This document shows, piece by piece, positions 31,112 through 40,516 of a DNA stretch of 64,000 nt. Source of the DNA: an uncultured delta proteobacterium. Lineage in GTDB: Bacteria; Myxococcota_A; Polyangia; Fen-1088. Below the pieces are notes generated by a model. It did not search any database and was not told where the DNA came from. It saw nothing but the letters and a program-made list of their open reading frames with translations. Each line of letters starts with the position of its first letter. Positions within the stretch are counted from its first letter, which is position 1. The translations under genes were made by a program, and so were the position numbers. The DNA lies in NCBI GenBank assembly GCA_963767925.1, contig CAVYGB010000010.1, forward strand, positions 1,376,001-1,440,000. Reading direction: 5' to 3'.

Positions 31112-33616
31112 CTACCCCCACCAGCGCGACAGCTTCAGCAGCAACGTGTCGGCGGCGGGGCCGCGGCGCAGGGCCCCCAGGTCGAGGCGGGGACCGGCCT
31201 CGAAGGGGTCGGGCGGGCGGGCGTTCTGCACCCGGGTGTAGACCAGGAACAGCGTCGAGCCGAGGCGGTACTCCCAGCGCAGGACCACGTTGACGTTGAG
31301 GATCGCCTGTCGCAGCCGGGGATCGTCGACCGGGGTGGCGGGGGTGACCAGGTCGCGCAGCCGGACCCGGGCCCTGGTCCCCGGCGGGGCGGGGGCGACG
31401 CCCCAGGTGCTGTCGTGGTCGGCGCGGGCCAGGAAGAGCTGCAGGTAGCTCTGCAAGGTGAGCCGGGGGGTGAAGGTGTATGTGCCCCGCACGGTGCTCC
31501 CCACCGCGGCGGCGTCGAGGCGGCCGAACACCTGCTCTCCGGTGGGGCCGGGGCCCACGTAGCGGGGCTGGCCCCGGCTGAAGGTGACCTCGGGCAGCAC
31601 CTCGAAGTCGAGCTGGGGCAGGGCCCGCACCAGCACCCGCCCGGTGGCCGTCACGTCGCCCCCCTCGCTGTGGCGGGCGACGCTGCCGTCGAGGCCGACC
31701 TGCACCTCGCGCCGGGGGTCGGTGGCCAGGCCGAGCACGAGCCCGTGGGCCGGCAGCAGCTCGAGGCTGGTGCCGTCGCCCACCTCCCGGTCGTCGAAGC
31801 GGCTCGGCCGGTACTGGTAGGTGAGGAAGGCGTCCCAGAAGTTGCGCAGCTTCCAGCGGGTGCCAAATTCGACCTGCTGGTGCAGGCGCAGGCCGTCGAG
31901 GTTGGCCCCCCGCACGAAGCCGGGGCCGGTGCGGGTCTCGAGCACCTGCCAGAAGGGGCGGGTGGTGCGGTAGGCGACCGACCCGCCCAGCCAGAAGTCA
32001 TTCTGCCGGCGCAGAAAGCCCAGGTCGTTGCGGTCGAAGCGGCGGCCGGTCGAGCTGGTCCAGGCGCCGCCCAGCCAGTGCTCGCCGCCCTCCTTGCGGG
32101 CCTCGAAGCGGAACTCCCGGTCCATGTCGCCGGCGGCGATTGTCGTGCCGTCGGGGAAGAGGCGGGGCGGCCCGCCCTGCACGCGCGACAGGGCCACCTG
32201 GCCCAGGGCCACGTAGCTGCCCGAGGGGGAGCGCCAGTAGCCGTCGAGCGCCCCCACGTAGGCGTCGTGGAAGCAGCGGGCGCCGGGCGCCACCCGCGAG
32301 CCGTCGGGACAGAGGGTCTCGCCGGGGGCGGCGGCCGGGTAGCGGGCGGGACGCTCGAGGCGGTTGACCGCGGTGGCCAGCAGGCCGAGGCGGGCCCCCT
32401 CGCCCACCCGCTGGCGCAGGCGCAACACGTGGAACAGGCCGAGGGGAGCGGCCACCCGGTCGACGGTGGGGCCCTCGGCCAGCGCGACCGGCAGGGTGGT
32501 CTCGCCGGTGACGGCGCTGATGACGCCGAGGTCGAGCCGCTCGGCCGCGCGCCCGGTCAGCTTGAGGGCGCCGTAGATGGGAGCGGGATCGAGCAGGCCG
32601 GCGGCGCGCTCTTCGGGCAGGCGGGCGGGCGAGCGGGGCGTCTCGCCGATGCGCCTCGTGTGCACCATGTTGAGGGGGGTGGCGAACAGGTCGAGCCCCT
32701 CGCTGAAGAAGGGGCGCTTCTCCGGGTAGAAGGTCTCGACCGTGCTGAGGTTCAGCACCACCTGGTCGAGCTCGACCTGGCCGAAGTCGGGCAGGACCGC
32801 CGCCTCGAAGGTGAGCTGGGGCAACACCTGCCACTTGAGGTCGAGGCCGGCGGCGGCCCCCGGGCGGAACCCCTGCACGGGGGCGTAACCCCGCTGCAGG
32901 TGGGAGACCTTGCCGAGCACGAAGGGGCGCAGCTCGAAGCGGCGCCGGCTGGGCAGGTTGTCGAGGCTCTCGACCCGGCCGTAGCGCGACACCTCGGCGG
33001 CCTGGGTGCGGGGGATGAAGGCCCACTCGGAGATCTCCTGGCGGAGCGAGACAACCCGGCGCACGTTGAAGGCCCAGTCCTGGCTGGTGGCGGCCTCGAA
33101 GCGCAGCACCCGCAGGGGGATGCGCAGCTCGACGCTCCAGCCGCGCAGGCTGCGGCTGGTGGCGGCCTCCCAGTTCTCGTCCCACTCGGGCGCGAGCTGG
33201 TTGTCGTCGAACTGGAGGGCGTCGCTCAGCACGCCGGCGGCGTTGACCTCGAAGCGGTAGGCGGAGGCCTCCCCCCGCCGGCTGCCGATGTGCACCGAGA
33301 CCCGGTCGGCCTCCACCTCCCGATCGCGGCGGGTGAGCACCGCCCGCACGGGGGTGCGGAGCTGCTCGCAGTCGACCGCGACGTAGATCGCCTCGTCGTC
33401 GTAGAGGACGCGGAAGCTGGTGGCCTCGGTGGGCAGCGCCGCCTCGTCGGGGAACTTCTGGGTGAAGCCGCCGGCCAGGGGGGCCCGCTGCCACACCGGA
33501 TCGTCGATCCGCCCGTCGAGCACGGGCGGCGCGCTCGTGCGGGCGGCGCGCACGCGGGGCGGGGAGGCGGCCGGCAGGACGGCGGCGGCGGCCGCCACCA
33601 GCAGGAGGAGGGTCAC
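31112..33616 (-). CDS. DUF5916-type protein with N-terminal CBM9-like domain, probably outer membrane
   Basis: PVLDGRIDDPVW, GWSVELRIPLRVLRF, PDFGQVELD, FYPEKRPFFSEG, VLRWEYRLGSTLFLVY; GTGA overlap with the upstream stop. Confidence 0.82.
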   Translation of the reverse strand: MTLLLLVAAAAAVLPAASPPRVRAARTSAPPVLDGRIDDPVWQRAPLAGGFTQKFPDEAALPTEATSFRVLYDDEAIYVAVDCEQLRTPVRAVLTRRDREVEADRVSVHIGSRRGEASAYRFEVNAAGVLSDALQFDDNQLAPEWDENWEAATSRSLRGWSVELRIPLRVLRFEAATSQDWAFNVRRVVSLRQEISEWAFIPRTQAAEVSRYGRVESLDNLPSRRRFELRPFVLGKVSHLQRGYAPVQGFRPGAAAGLDLKWQVLPQLTFEAAVLPDFGQVELDQVVLNLSTVETFYPEKRPFFSEGLDLFATPLNMVHTRRIGETPRSPARLPEERAAGLLDPAPIYGALKLTGRAAERLDLGVISAVTGETTLPVALAEGPTVDRVAAPLGLFHVLRLRQRVGEGARLGLLATAVNRLERPARYPAAAPGETLCPDGSRVAPGARCFHDAYVGALDGYWRSPSGSYVALGQVALSRVQGGPPRLFPDGTTIAAGDMDREFRFEARKEGGEHWLGGAWTSSTGRRFDRNDLGFLRRQNDFWLGGSVAYRTTRPFWQVLETRTGPGFVRGANLDGLRLHQQVEFGTRWKLRNFWDAFLTYQYRPSRFDDREVGDGTSLELLPAHGLVLGLATDPRREVQVGLDGSVARHSEGGDVTATGRVLVRALPQLDFEVLPEVTFSRGQPRYVGPGPTGEQVFGRLDAAAVGSTVRGTYTFTPRLTLQSYLQLFLARADHDSTWGVAPAPPGTRARVRLRDLVTPATPVDDPRLRQAILNVNVVLRWEYRLGSTLFLVYTRVQNARPPDPFEAGPRLDLGALRRGPAADTLLLKLSRWWG

Positions 33617-35841
33617 GAGCTGCTGGCGCCGAGCTGGGCCAGGAGGAAGCCGACCAGGCGGCCCCACAGGCGCTCCCGCACGATCGCGTCGGGGACCTGG
33701 TGGGTCACCGTGAGGGGGAGAAAGTCGAAGGGCTTGCCCGCCCGGAAGAGGGCGTTGGCCAGCTTGAGGCTGTGCAGGAAATAGACGTTGTCGTCGGTGG
33801 TGCCGTGGATGAGCAGCAGCGGGCGCTCGAGCTTGCCAGCGTAGGTCAGCAGGTTCGACTCGTCGTAGCCGGCCTTGTTCTTGTCGGGCAGGCCCAGGTA
33901 GCGCTCGGTGTAGTGGGTGTCGTAGTCGCGCCAGTCGACAACCGGCGCGCCCGCCACCGCGACCTTGAACACGTCGGGGCGTTTCATGGCGGCCAGCGCC
34001 GCCATGTAGCCCCCGAACGACCAGCCGTAGATGCCGACCCGGGACAGGTCCAGCTCGGGGAAGCGGGCGGCCAGGGCGAAGAGGCCGTCGACCTGATCGT
34101 CGAGGGGGATGCGGCCGAAGCTGCCCTTGATGACCCGTGACCAGCGGCGGTCCTTGCGGGGGGTGCCCCGGTTGTCGAGGGCCACGACGATCACGCCGTG
34201 GTCGGCGATCCACTGCGGCAGCAGGAAGCGGCTCTCGTCGGCCCGGACGATGAGGGAGCTGGGGCCGCCGTAGACGTTGACCACCACCGGGTACTTGCTG
34301 CCGGGGCGAAAGCCGCGCGGGCGCACGATGGCGGCGTAAAACTGCCGGTCGCCGGCGTTGACCGTCGTGAGCTGCAGGTTGGCCCGGAAGGGGGGCGCCT
34401 CGGCCGCCGAGGGGAGGTCGGCCACCCGCACGAAGCGGTCCTTCTCCAGCCGGTAGACCGTGCTAATGGCGAGGGCGTCGGCGGCGGTGCGGGTGTCGAC
34501 GTAGACCGCGCCGTTCTTGGCGAACACCGGCTGGTGCTCGGCGGCGTCCTCGGTGAGGGGGACGGGCGGGCCGGGGGGCTGCAGCGGCACCCGGTACAGG
34601 CGGGTGCTCACCGGGGTGGCGCCGAGGGCGTAGGCCACGGCGCCGTCTTCGGAGAGGTGGACGAGATCGTGAAAGCCGAGCCTGCCCGGGAAGACCTCGC
34701 GCACCAGGGTCCCGTCGGCCTTGCGCAGCTCGAGGGCGCGCTGGCCCGTGCGCTCGGTCGCCACCAGGAGGCCGCTGCCGTCGGGCAGCCAGCGGGGCAG
34801 GTGGTCGTCGAGCTCCACCCAGGCCTCGTCGCTCTCGCTGTGGATCGGGCGGGTCTGGCCGCTGCGGGGGTCGGCCGCCAGCAGCACCTGCTCGCGCTGC
34901 TCGCGGGTCTGCACCAGCAGCGACAGGGGGGCCTTCTTCTCCTTCCAGAGCACGCGGGCCAGGTAGGGGTACTTCTCGCTGTCCCAGCGCACCCAGGTGG
35001 TGGCGCCGCCGCTGGCGCCGATGATCCCCAGGCGCACGCGGGCGTTGCCCTTGCCGGCGCGGGGGTAGGCGAACACGCTGGCCGGGACCTCCGGCCGGGC
35101 CGGGTCGGCGATGGTGAAGCGCTCGAGGGCCCGCTGGTCGACCTCGGTGTAGGCGAGCTGCTTCGAGTCGGGCGACCAGAAGTAGCCTTCGTGGCGTCCC
35201 ATCTCCTCCTGGGCGATGAACTCGGCCAGCCCGTGGGTCAGGTCGGTCGACCCGCCCCGGGTCAGGCGCCGCTCGCGGCCGGAGGCGACGTCGGCGACGT
35301 AGAGGTCGTGGCCGCGCACGTAGGCCGCCTTCTCCCCGTCGGGCGAGAAGCGGGCGTCGATGGCCGGCGGATCGCTGCCGCCCAGCGGCTGGGTCTTGCC
35401 CGCCTGCGGTCCCTGCCGGTGGTAGACGTAGGGCCGCCCCGAGAGCACCAGCAGCACCCGCCGCCCGTCCTCGCTGAGGTGGTAGCCGGTGAAGCCGCGG
35501 TCCACGATCCGCTTGCGCTCGCGGCGGGCCTTCTCCTCGACCGAGAGCAGCTCCTCGGCCCCCTGCAGGAGCTGGGCGGGGGTCAACAAGGTGCGGGTCT
35601 GGCCGGTGGCGGTGTCCAGCTCGTGCAGCGCGAGCACCGGCTCGCGCGCGCCCGACCGCAGGAACAGCACCGCCTTCCCGTCCGGGGTGGGTGCGATGCC
35701 GGTGGGCCGCCCTTGCCGGAACTCGCGCGTCTCGGCGAGCGTGCGCAGGAACCCCGGGTGGGGCCCGCTCTGCGCCCGGGCCGGCGCCGACGCCGCACCG
35801 AGCAGCAACAGGGAGACCCCCAGGTAACGGGCAGGCCACAT
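33613..35841 (-). CDS. S9 family dipeptidyl-peptidase IV-like peptidase
   Basis: Signal peptide, propeller domain, VYGGP, GWSFGG nucleophile, HGTTDDNV, catalytic His near the C-terminus. Confidence 0.93.
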   Translation of the reverse strand: MWPARYLGVSLLLLGAASAPARAQSGPHPGFLRTLAETREFRQGRPTGIAPTPDGKAVLFLRSGAREPVLALHELDTATGQTRTLLTPAQLLQGAEELLSVEEKARRERKRIVDRGFTGYHLSEDGRRVLLVLSGRPYVYHRQGPQAGKTQPLGGSDPPAIDARFSPDGEKAAYVRGHDLYVADVASGRERRLTRGGSTDLTHGLAEFIAQEEMGRHEGYFWSPDSKQLAYTEVDQRALERFTIADPARPEVPASVFAYPRAGKGNARVRLGIIGASGGATTWVRWDSEKYPYLARVLWKEKKAPLSLLVQTREQREQVLLAADPRSGQTRPIHSESDEAWVELDDHLPRWLPDGSGLLVATERTGQRALELRKADGTLVREVFPGRLGFHDLVHLSEDGAVAYALGATPVSTRLYRVPLQPPGPPVPLTEDAAEHQPVFAKNGAVYVDTRTAADALAISTVYRLEKDRFVRVADLPSAAEAPPFRANLQLTTVNAGDRQFYAAIVRPRGFRPGSKYPVVVNVYGGPSSLIVRADESRFLLPQWIADHGVIVVALDNRGTPRKDRRWSRVIKGSFGRIPLDDQVDGLFALAARFPELDLSRVGIYGWSFGGYMAALAAMKRPDVFKVAVAGAPVVDWRDYDTHYTERYLGLPDKNKAGYDESNLLTYAGKLERPLLLIHGTTDDNVYFLHSLKLANALFRAGKPFDFLPLTVTHQVPDAIVRERLWGRLVGFLLAQLGASSS

Positions 35842-35991
35842 GCCTCCGTCTTATCGCGAGCGGCCCCCCGGGTCGATAGCCTCGGCCTGGCGCAACCGGG
35901 GGTCGTCGGAGGTTGCGCGGGTGGGCTGAGGCGCGGCGCTCAAGGGCCGCGCCGATTCTGCCGAGGCACCTCCCCCGGGGGGCGCAGGCAG

Positions 35992-36591
35992 GTGTCGCAC
36001 GTACCGGTGCTGTCGAAGCTGGCGTACGCCAAGAATCCGGAGCACCAGAGCTTCATCCTGGGGTTCGAGGGGCAGCTCAAGGGCCGGTACAACCTGCTGT
36101 TCCTCGAGACGATCGGGGTGCTCGGGGGGGCCAAGCTGCGGGCGGACATCGAGCGGGAGCTGGGACATCCCACCTACACCCCGGAAGGCTGGGCCCCGGT
36201 GCGCGACTGCATCTACATGTTCGATCAGGCCTGCCGGGCCGGCGTGTCGGTCGAGCAGATGGGCGAGCTGGTCATGCCGGCCTACAAGCTCGCCAAGCCC
36301 GAGGCCTTCGAGGGCCGCTCGATCGTCGACGCCTTCGAGATCCTCGAGAAGGGCTACCGGCAGGACACCTCCTACGGGGGGGTCTCGCCGGGGTTGCGGG
36401 CCGGGCGCGACCACGCCTCGGTGTTCCGGCGCAACTCGGTCTTCCCCTGCTCGTATTTCGTGGGGGTCATCCGCGGCCTGCTCGGGATCTTCCGGGTCCA
36501 GGGGTCCATCGCGGAGGTCGAGTGCCAGTGGAAGGGCGCCCCGAGCTGCCGGTTCGACGCCCGCTGGACCCCCGAGCGCCACGCCGTCTGA
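35992..36591 (+). CDS. Stand-alone V4R-like domain protein
   Basis: FPCSYFVGVIRGLL...EVECQWKGAPSCRFDARW; start uncertain. Confidence 0.6.
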   Translation: MSHVPVLSKLAYAKNPEHQSFILGFEGQLKGRYNLLFLETIGVLGGAKLRADIERELGHPTYTPEGWAPVRDCIYMFDQACRAGVSVEQMGELVMPAYKLAKPEAFEGRSIVDAFEILEKGYRQDTSYGGVSPGLRAGRDHASVFRRNSVFPCSYFVGVIRGLLGIFRVQGSIAEVECQWKGAPSCRFDARWTPERHAV

Positions 36592-36781
36592 GCGGGCCCG
36601 CCTGCGGATGGGGTCGGGCCGTCCTGACGCCGCGAACCGGAAAAGCCTGGCCGGCGTGCGCGCCGTCGCGGCCGCGGCCAATGGCGATAGATAATTAGAA
36701 CCGTTCTCGACGAGCTGGGCCACTACCCGTCTGCTCGGCGTCTCTCGCGAAACGCCGGTCCTTATCCCCGAAGGAGGAGCG

Positions 36782-38470
36782 ATGGTTCGAGGCCTCAGGA
36801 CGTTGTGGCTGGTCGGTGGTGTGCCCTTGCTGGCGGTGGCGTGTACCGGCGCGATCGGATCGGGCGGCGGCGCCGGACCGAGCCCCGCGGGCGCCCCGAC
36901 CGCTCCGCCCCGCCCGGGCACCCCGCCCCCCGCTGGCGCCGAAGCGCCCCCGCCGGTCGAGCCCCCCTCGACCATCTCGGGCACGCGGGCCTGTGTCGGC
37001 GGCAAGCCGGGGCCCCGGCTGCTCCGCCGGCTCAGCGCCGAGCAGCTCGACAACAGCATCCGGGATCTCTTCCGCGACCCGGGCGCGCCGAAGAGCAACA
37101 TCTTCAACGACCCCCAGGTGCTGGGCTTCACCGGTGACGCCGGGGCGCTGCTGGTGCGCGACCTCGGATCGCAGCAGCTCATGACCTACGCCGAGCAGGT
37201 CGCGCGCTGGGCGGTCACCAGCGTCCCGGAGGTCGCGCCCTGCCAGGAGATGACGCCGGCCTGCCGCAGCCAGTTCGTCGAGCGGTTCGGCCTGCGCGCC
37301 TTCCGCCAGCCGCTCGACCCGGCCAAGGTAGCCCGCTACGAGCGGCTGTTCGCCAGCGCCGCCAGCTTCGAGCAGGGGCTGGAGCTGACCATCACCGCGA
37401 TGTTGCAGTCCCCGTTTTTCCTGTACCGGCGCGAGCTCGGTGAGCCGGCTCCGGGTCAGCCGGGGCTGGTGCGGCTGACCCCCTACGAGGTGGCGAGCAA
37501 CATCTCGTACCTCATCACCCGCTCGATGCCCGACGACGAGCTGCTGGCCGCCGCCGCCGCCGGCGAGCTCGCCAGCCGCGCCCAGATCGACGCCCAGGTC
37601 GAGCGCCTGCTGCAAGCGCCGAAGCACCGCCAGACCATCAACACCTTCATGGGCGAGTGGCTCGAGACCAGGCAGGTGGCGATGGTCCTGAAGGACCCCA
37701 GCGTGTTCGACTTCCCCGACGCCCTGCGGGCCGACATGGAGCGGGAGACGGCGGCCCTGATCGAAGACATCGTGTTCACCCGGGGCGGCTCGCTGACCGA
37801 TCTGCTCACCGCCGACTACACCTTCGTCAACGCCGGCCTGGCCAAGCACTACGGCATCGCCGGCGTCACCGGCACCGAGCTCGGCAAGGTGAGCGCGCGC
37901 GGCCCCGGCATCCTGGCCCAGGGGAGCATCCTGGCGGGCCACGCCGGCACCCACTTCAGCTCCCCCACCCTGCGGGGCAAGCTCGTGCGCACCCGCCTGC
38001 TGTGCGAGAACCTGCCCCCGCCGCCCGACGACGTCGACACCATGATCAAGGTGCCGGAGAACGCGAAGACCTCGCGGGAGATCTTCGAGACCCACTCGGA
38101 GAACGCGGCCTGCGCCGGCTGCCACATGATGATGGACCCCATCGGCTTCGGCTTCGAGCACTACGACCTGGCCGGCCGCTACCGCGACAGCGAAAACGGG
38201 GTGCCGGTCGACGCCAGCGGCGAGATCCTGGGGCAGGGCTTCCGCTTCGACGGCCTGCCCGAGCTGGCCGGCTACCTGGCGAACAAGGACGAGGTCCGCC
38301 AGTGCATGGTCCGCTTCATGTCCTACTTCGCCTACGGCTCGGCCGGCTGGAGCGACGACGGCTGCACCTTCGACGCCATCTCCGCCGAGGCGTCCGCTTC
38401 GGGCTGGAGCATCCGCAGCGTGCTCACCGCGATCACGCGGGCGCCCCATTTCACGACCCGGGTTCAATAG
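36782..38470 (+). CDS. DUF1592/DUF1588-type (PSD/PSCyt) lipoprotein with a CxxCH motif
   Basis: AGGAG RBS; LAVAC lipobox; LRRLSAEQLDNSIRDL, LQSPFFLYR, SSPTLRG, CAGCH, DPIGFGFEHYD. Confidence 0.9.
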   Translation: MVRGLRTLWLVGGVPLLAVACTGAIGSGGGAGPSPAGAPTAPPRPGTPPPAGAEAPPPVEPPSTISGTRACVGGKPGPRLLRRLSAEQLDNSIRDLFRDPGAPKSNIFNDPQVLGFTGDAGALLVRDLGSQQLMTYAEQVARWAVTSVPEVAPCQEMTPACRSQFVERFGLRAFRQPLDPAKVARYERLFASAASFEQGLELTITAMLQSPFFLYRRELGEPAPGQPGLVRLTPYEVASNISYLITRSMPDDELLAAAAAGELASRAQIDAQVERLLQAPKHRQTINTFMGEWLETRQVAMVLKDPSVFDFPDALRADMERETAALIEDIVFTRGGSLTDLLTADYTFVNAGLAKHYGIAGVTGTELGKVSARGPGILAQGSILAGHAGTHFSSPTLRGKLVRTRLLCENLPPPPDDVDTMIKVPENAKTSREIFETHSENAACAGCHMMMDPIGFGFEHYDLAGRYRDSENGVPVDASGEILGQGFRFDGLPELAGYLANKDEVRQCMVRFMSYFAYGSAGWSDDGCTFDAISAEASASGWSIRSVLTAITRAPHFTTRVQ

Positions 38471-38479
38471 GAGGACGTT

Positions 38480-39781
38480 GTGAAGCTGAGCCGTCGAACC
38501 TTGGCGAAGAGCGCGGGCGCAGGCCTCATCCTGGCCCCGTTTTATGACCTGCTCCGGCCCCGCCGGGCCCACGCCCAGGCGGGCCGCGCCCGCCGCATCT
38601 TCATCTTTCACAGCCAGCCCTGTGACACCGGGACCTGGAACCCCTCGAACGTCACGGGCGAGTCGAGCTTCACCCTGCCGGGGATGCTGGACGCCCTCAA
38701 CGAGGTCAAGGAGCACATCGTCCTTGTCGACGGGCTGGCCCCCAAGCAGCCGGGCGACAACCACTACTCGCCGCACGCCCTCACCGGGGTGGGCCGGGAG
38801 GGGCGGCCCGACAAGGGCAACATCTCCATCGAGCAATACATCGGCGACCAGCTCGAGAAGCGGCCCGACAAGCGCCCGATCAAGACGCTGCTGCTCGGCA
38901 CCGGGGCCAAGTCGGAGGCGGTGTTCTACCGGAACAGCACCCGCCTGACGACCATCGCCTCGCCCCTGTCGGCCTACAACACCGTGTTCTCGAGCGGGTC
39001 GGGCGGGACCTCCCCCAGCGTGCTGCTGGAGCAGCGCAAGAGCATCCTCGACGTGGTCAAGGAGGACGTGGGCGAGCTGGAGGGGGTGCTGGGGTCGAGC
39101 GAGAAGCAGAAGCTGGAGCTGCACCTGGAGTCGATCCGGCAGTTCGAGCTGCGCATCGCGGGTGGCCTGCAGAACGGGGGCCAGGTCATGTGCGCCAAGG
39201 GGACGGCCCCCAGCGACGACATCAGCTCGGTGAGCAAGGAGACGCTCGCCGACATGGCCCACCTGGATCTGGTCATCAACGCCTTCGCCTGCGACGTCAC
39301 CCGGCTGGGGGCGGTGCAGTGGGGCAACAGCCACACCTGGAAGTTCGACACGCCCACCGGCCTGCGGGGCGAGCTGCACATGGGCATCATCCACGTGTCG
39401 CGCAAGGCCGAGGCGGTCAAGATCGAGAACTGGCTGGCCGGTCAGTTCGCGGGCGTCATCAAGAAGCTGAAGGCGATCCCCGAGCCCGACGGCTCGGGCA
39501 CCCTGTTCGACAACACCCTGCTGGTCTGGACCCGAGACTTCGGCGACGCCAACGCGCACAACTCGCGCAACATGAAGTTCATCCTCGCCCAGGGCAACGG
39601 CGGCTATTTGAAGACGAGCCCCGCCGGCCGCTACCTCCGCCTCAACACCGGCAACAACCGCCAGGAGCGCATCCTCCTCAACCTGGCCGAGGCCATGGGC
39701 GTGACGACCTTCGAAGGCTTCGGCGACCAGGGCGCCGACTTCCGCCCCAACAAGACCCCGTTCAGCGAGCTGCGCGGGTAG
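38480..39781 (+). CDS. DUF1552-family protein with Tat signal
   Basis: LSRRTLAK Tat motif, RKSILD, KLELHLESIR, AFACDVTR, GTLFDNTL. Confidence 0.88.
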   Translation: MKLSRRTLAKSAGAGLILAPFYDLLRPRRAHAQAGRARRIFIFHSQPCDTGTWNPSNVTGESSFTLPGMLDALNEVKEHIVLVDGLAPKQPGDNHYSPHALTGVGREGRPDKGNISIEQYIGDQLEKRPDKRPIKTLLLGTGAKSEAVFYRNSTRLTTIASPLSAYNTVFSSGSGGTSPSVLLEQRKSILDVVKEDVGELEGVLGSSEKQKLELHLESIRQFELRIAGGLQNGGQVMCAKGTAPSDDISSVSKETLADMAHLDLVINAFACDVTRLGAVQWGNSHTWKFDTPTGLRGELHMGIIHVSRKAEAVKIENWLAGQFAGVIKKLKAIPEPDGSGTLFDNTLLVWTRDFGDANAHNSRNMKFILAQGNGGYLKTSPAGRYLRLNTGNNRQERILLNLAEAMGVTTFEGFGDQGADFRPNKTPFSELRG

Positions 39782-39814
39782 AGCCCGCCGCGGGCCGGGC
39801 GACCGCCCACCCCA

Positions 39815-39840
39815 CCCTCTCCCCGCTCCGCGGGCGAGGG
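39815..39840. repeat. CCCTCTCCC...GAGGG REP-like hairpin
   Basis: CCCTCTCCCCGC-TCC-GCGGGCGAGGG after the DUF1552 stop; stem resembles that at 25988. Confidence 0.5.
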
Positions 39841-40043
39841 CGAACGGGCGGGGGAGGGCGCGACGCGCCATCGAGCTCAACGGCCGGACGGAAAGCCGCC
39901 GGCGCCTTCGCCGTGGGTTGCAGGCACCCCGCCACGCGGCTTTCTGCTCGCGTTCCGGCCGGGGAATCGGCTATGGAGGTGCGTCCGGCGTCCGCACCTG
40001 GATGCGGCGCCGGGTCGAATCGACCCGCCCGGAGGCCCCCAAG

Positions 40044-40454
40044 TTGAAACACCTTTCGATCTCGTCGCGTTACCTCTCTCTCACGCTCTACCTGTCGTTG
40101 CCGCTGTTGCCGGCGCTGGCCTGCACCGGAAAGTTCACGTCCAGCTCGTCGGACGCGGCCGCCCTGAATGGCGGGATGATGCCGCCTCCGCAGGGCGGTG
40201 GCGGGGGTGGAGGCTCGGGCGGAGGCGGCGGCTCGGGCGGAGGCGGCGGCTCGGGCGGGAGCGGCGGCTCGGGCGGTGGGGCGCCGCGTGGACCCGACGC
40301 TGCGGGCCAGGACGTGGCCCGCTCGCCGGACGCCGGAGCGCGGGCCGACGTGGGAGGCGACCTCGGCGGGGCCGACCTGGGGGCGGCGCCGGGTGCGCCC
40401 GCGACCGGCGAGCTGCTCGTCTACTCGAGGTTGTCCGGCTCGACTACCCGCTGA
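40044..40454 (+). pseudogene. Lipoprotein truncated at the start of its catalytic (probably ThuA-like) domain
   Basis: GGAGG RBS + TTG; ALAC lipobox, (GSGGGG)n linker, then GELLVYSR and a stop a few codons later. Confidence 0.6.
40212..40277 (+). repeat. 18-bp tandem repeat (about 3.7 copies) encoding a GSGGGG linker
   Basis: GGCTCGGGCGGAGGCGGC units. Confidence 0.85.
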
Positions 40455-40516
40455 CCGCCCACGACGACTCCGACCACGTGGGCGGCATCGGCGACGCCGC
40501 CTGTAAGCTGGAGGGC

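Noticed and set aside
26038..31293. Very long antisense ORFs (also 9053..10918, 31100..33784, 34198..36591 N-part, 36695..39880)
   Set aside because: Stop-poor shadows of real genes in very GC-rich DNA; no recognisable motifs
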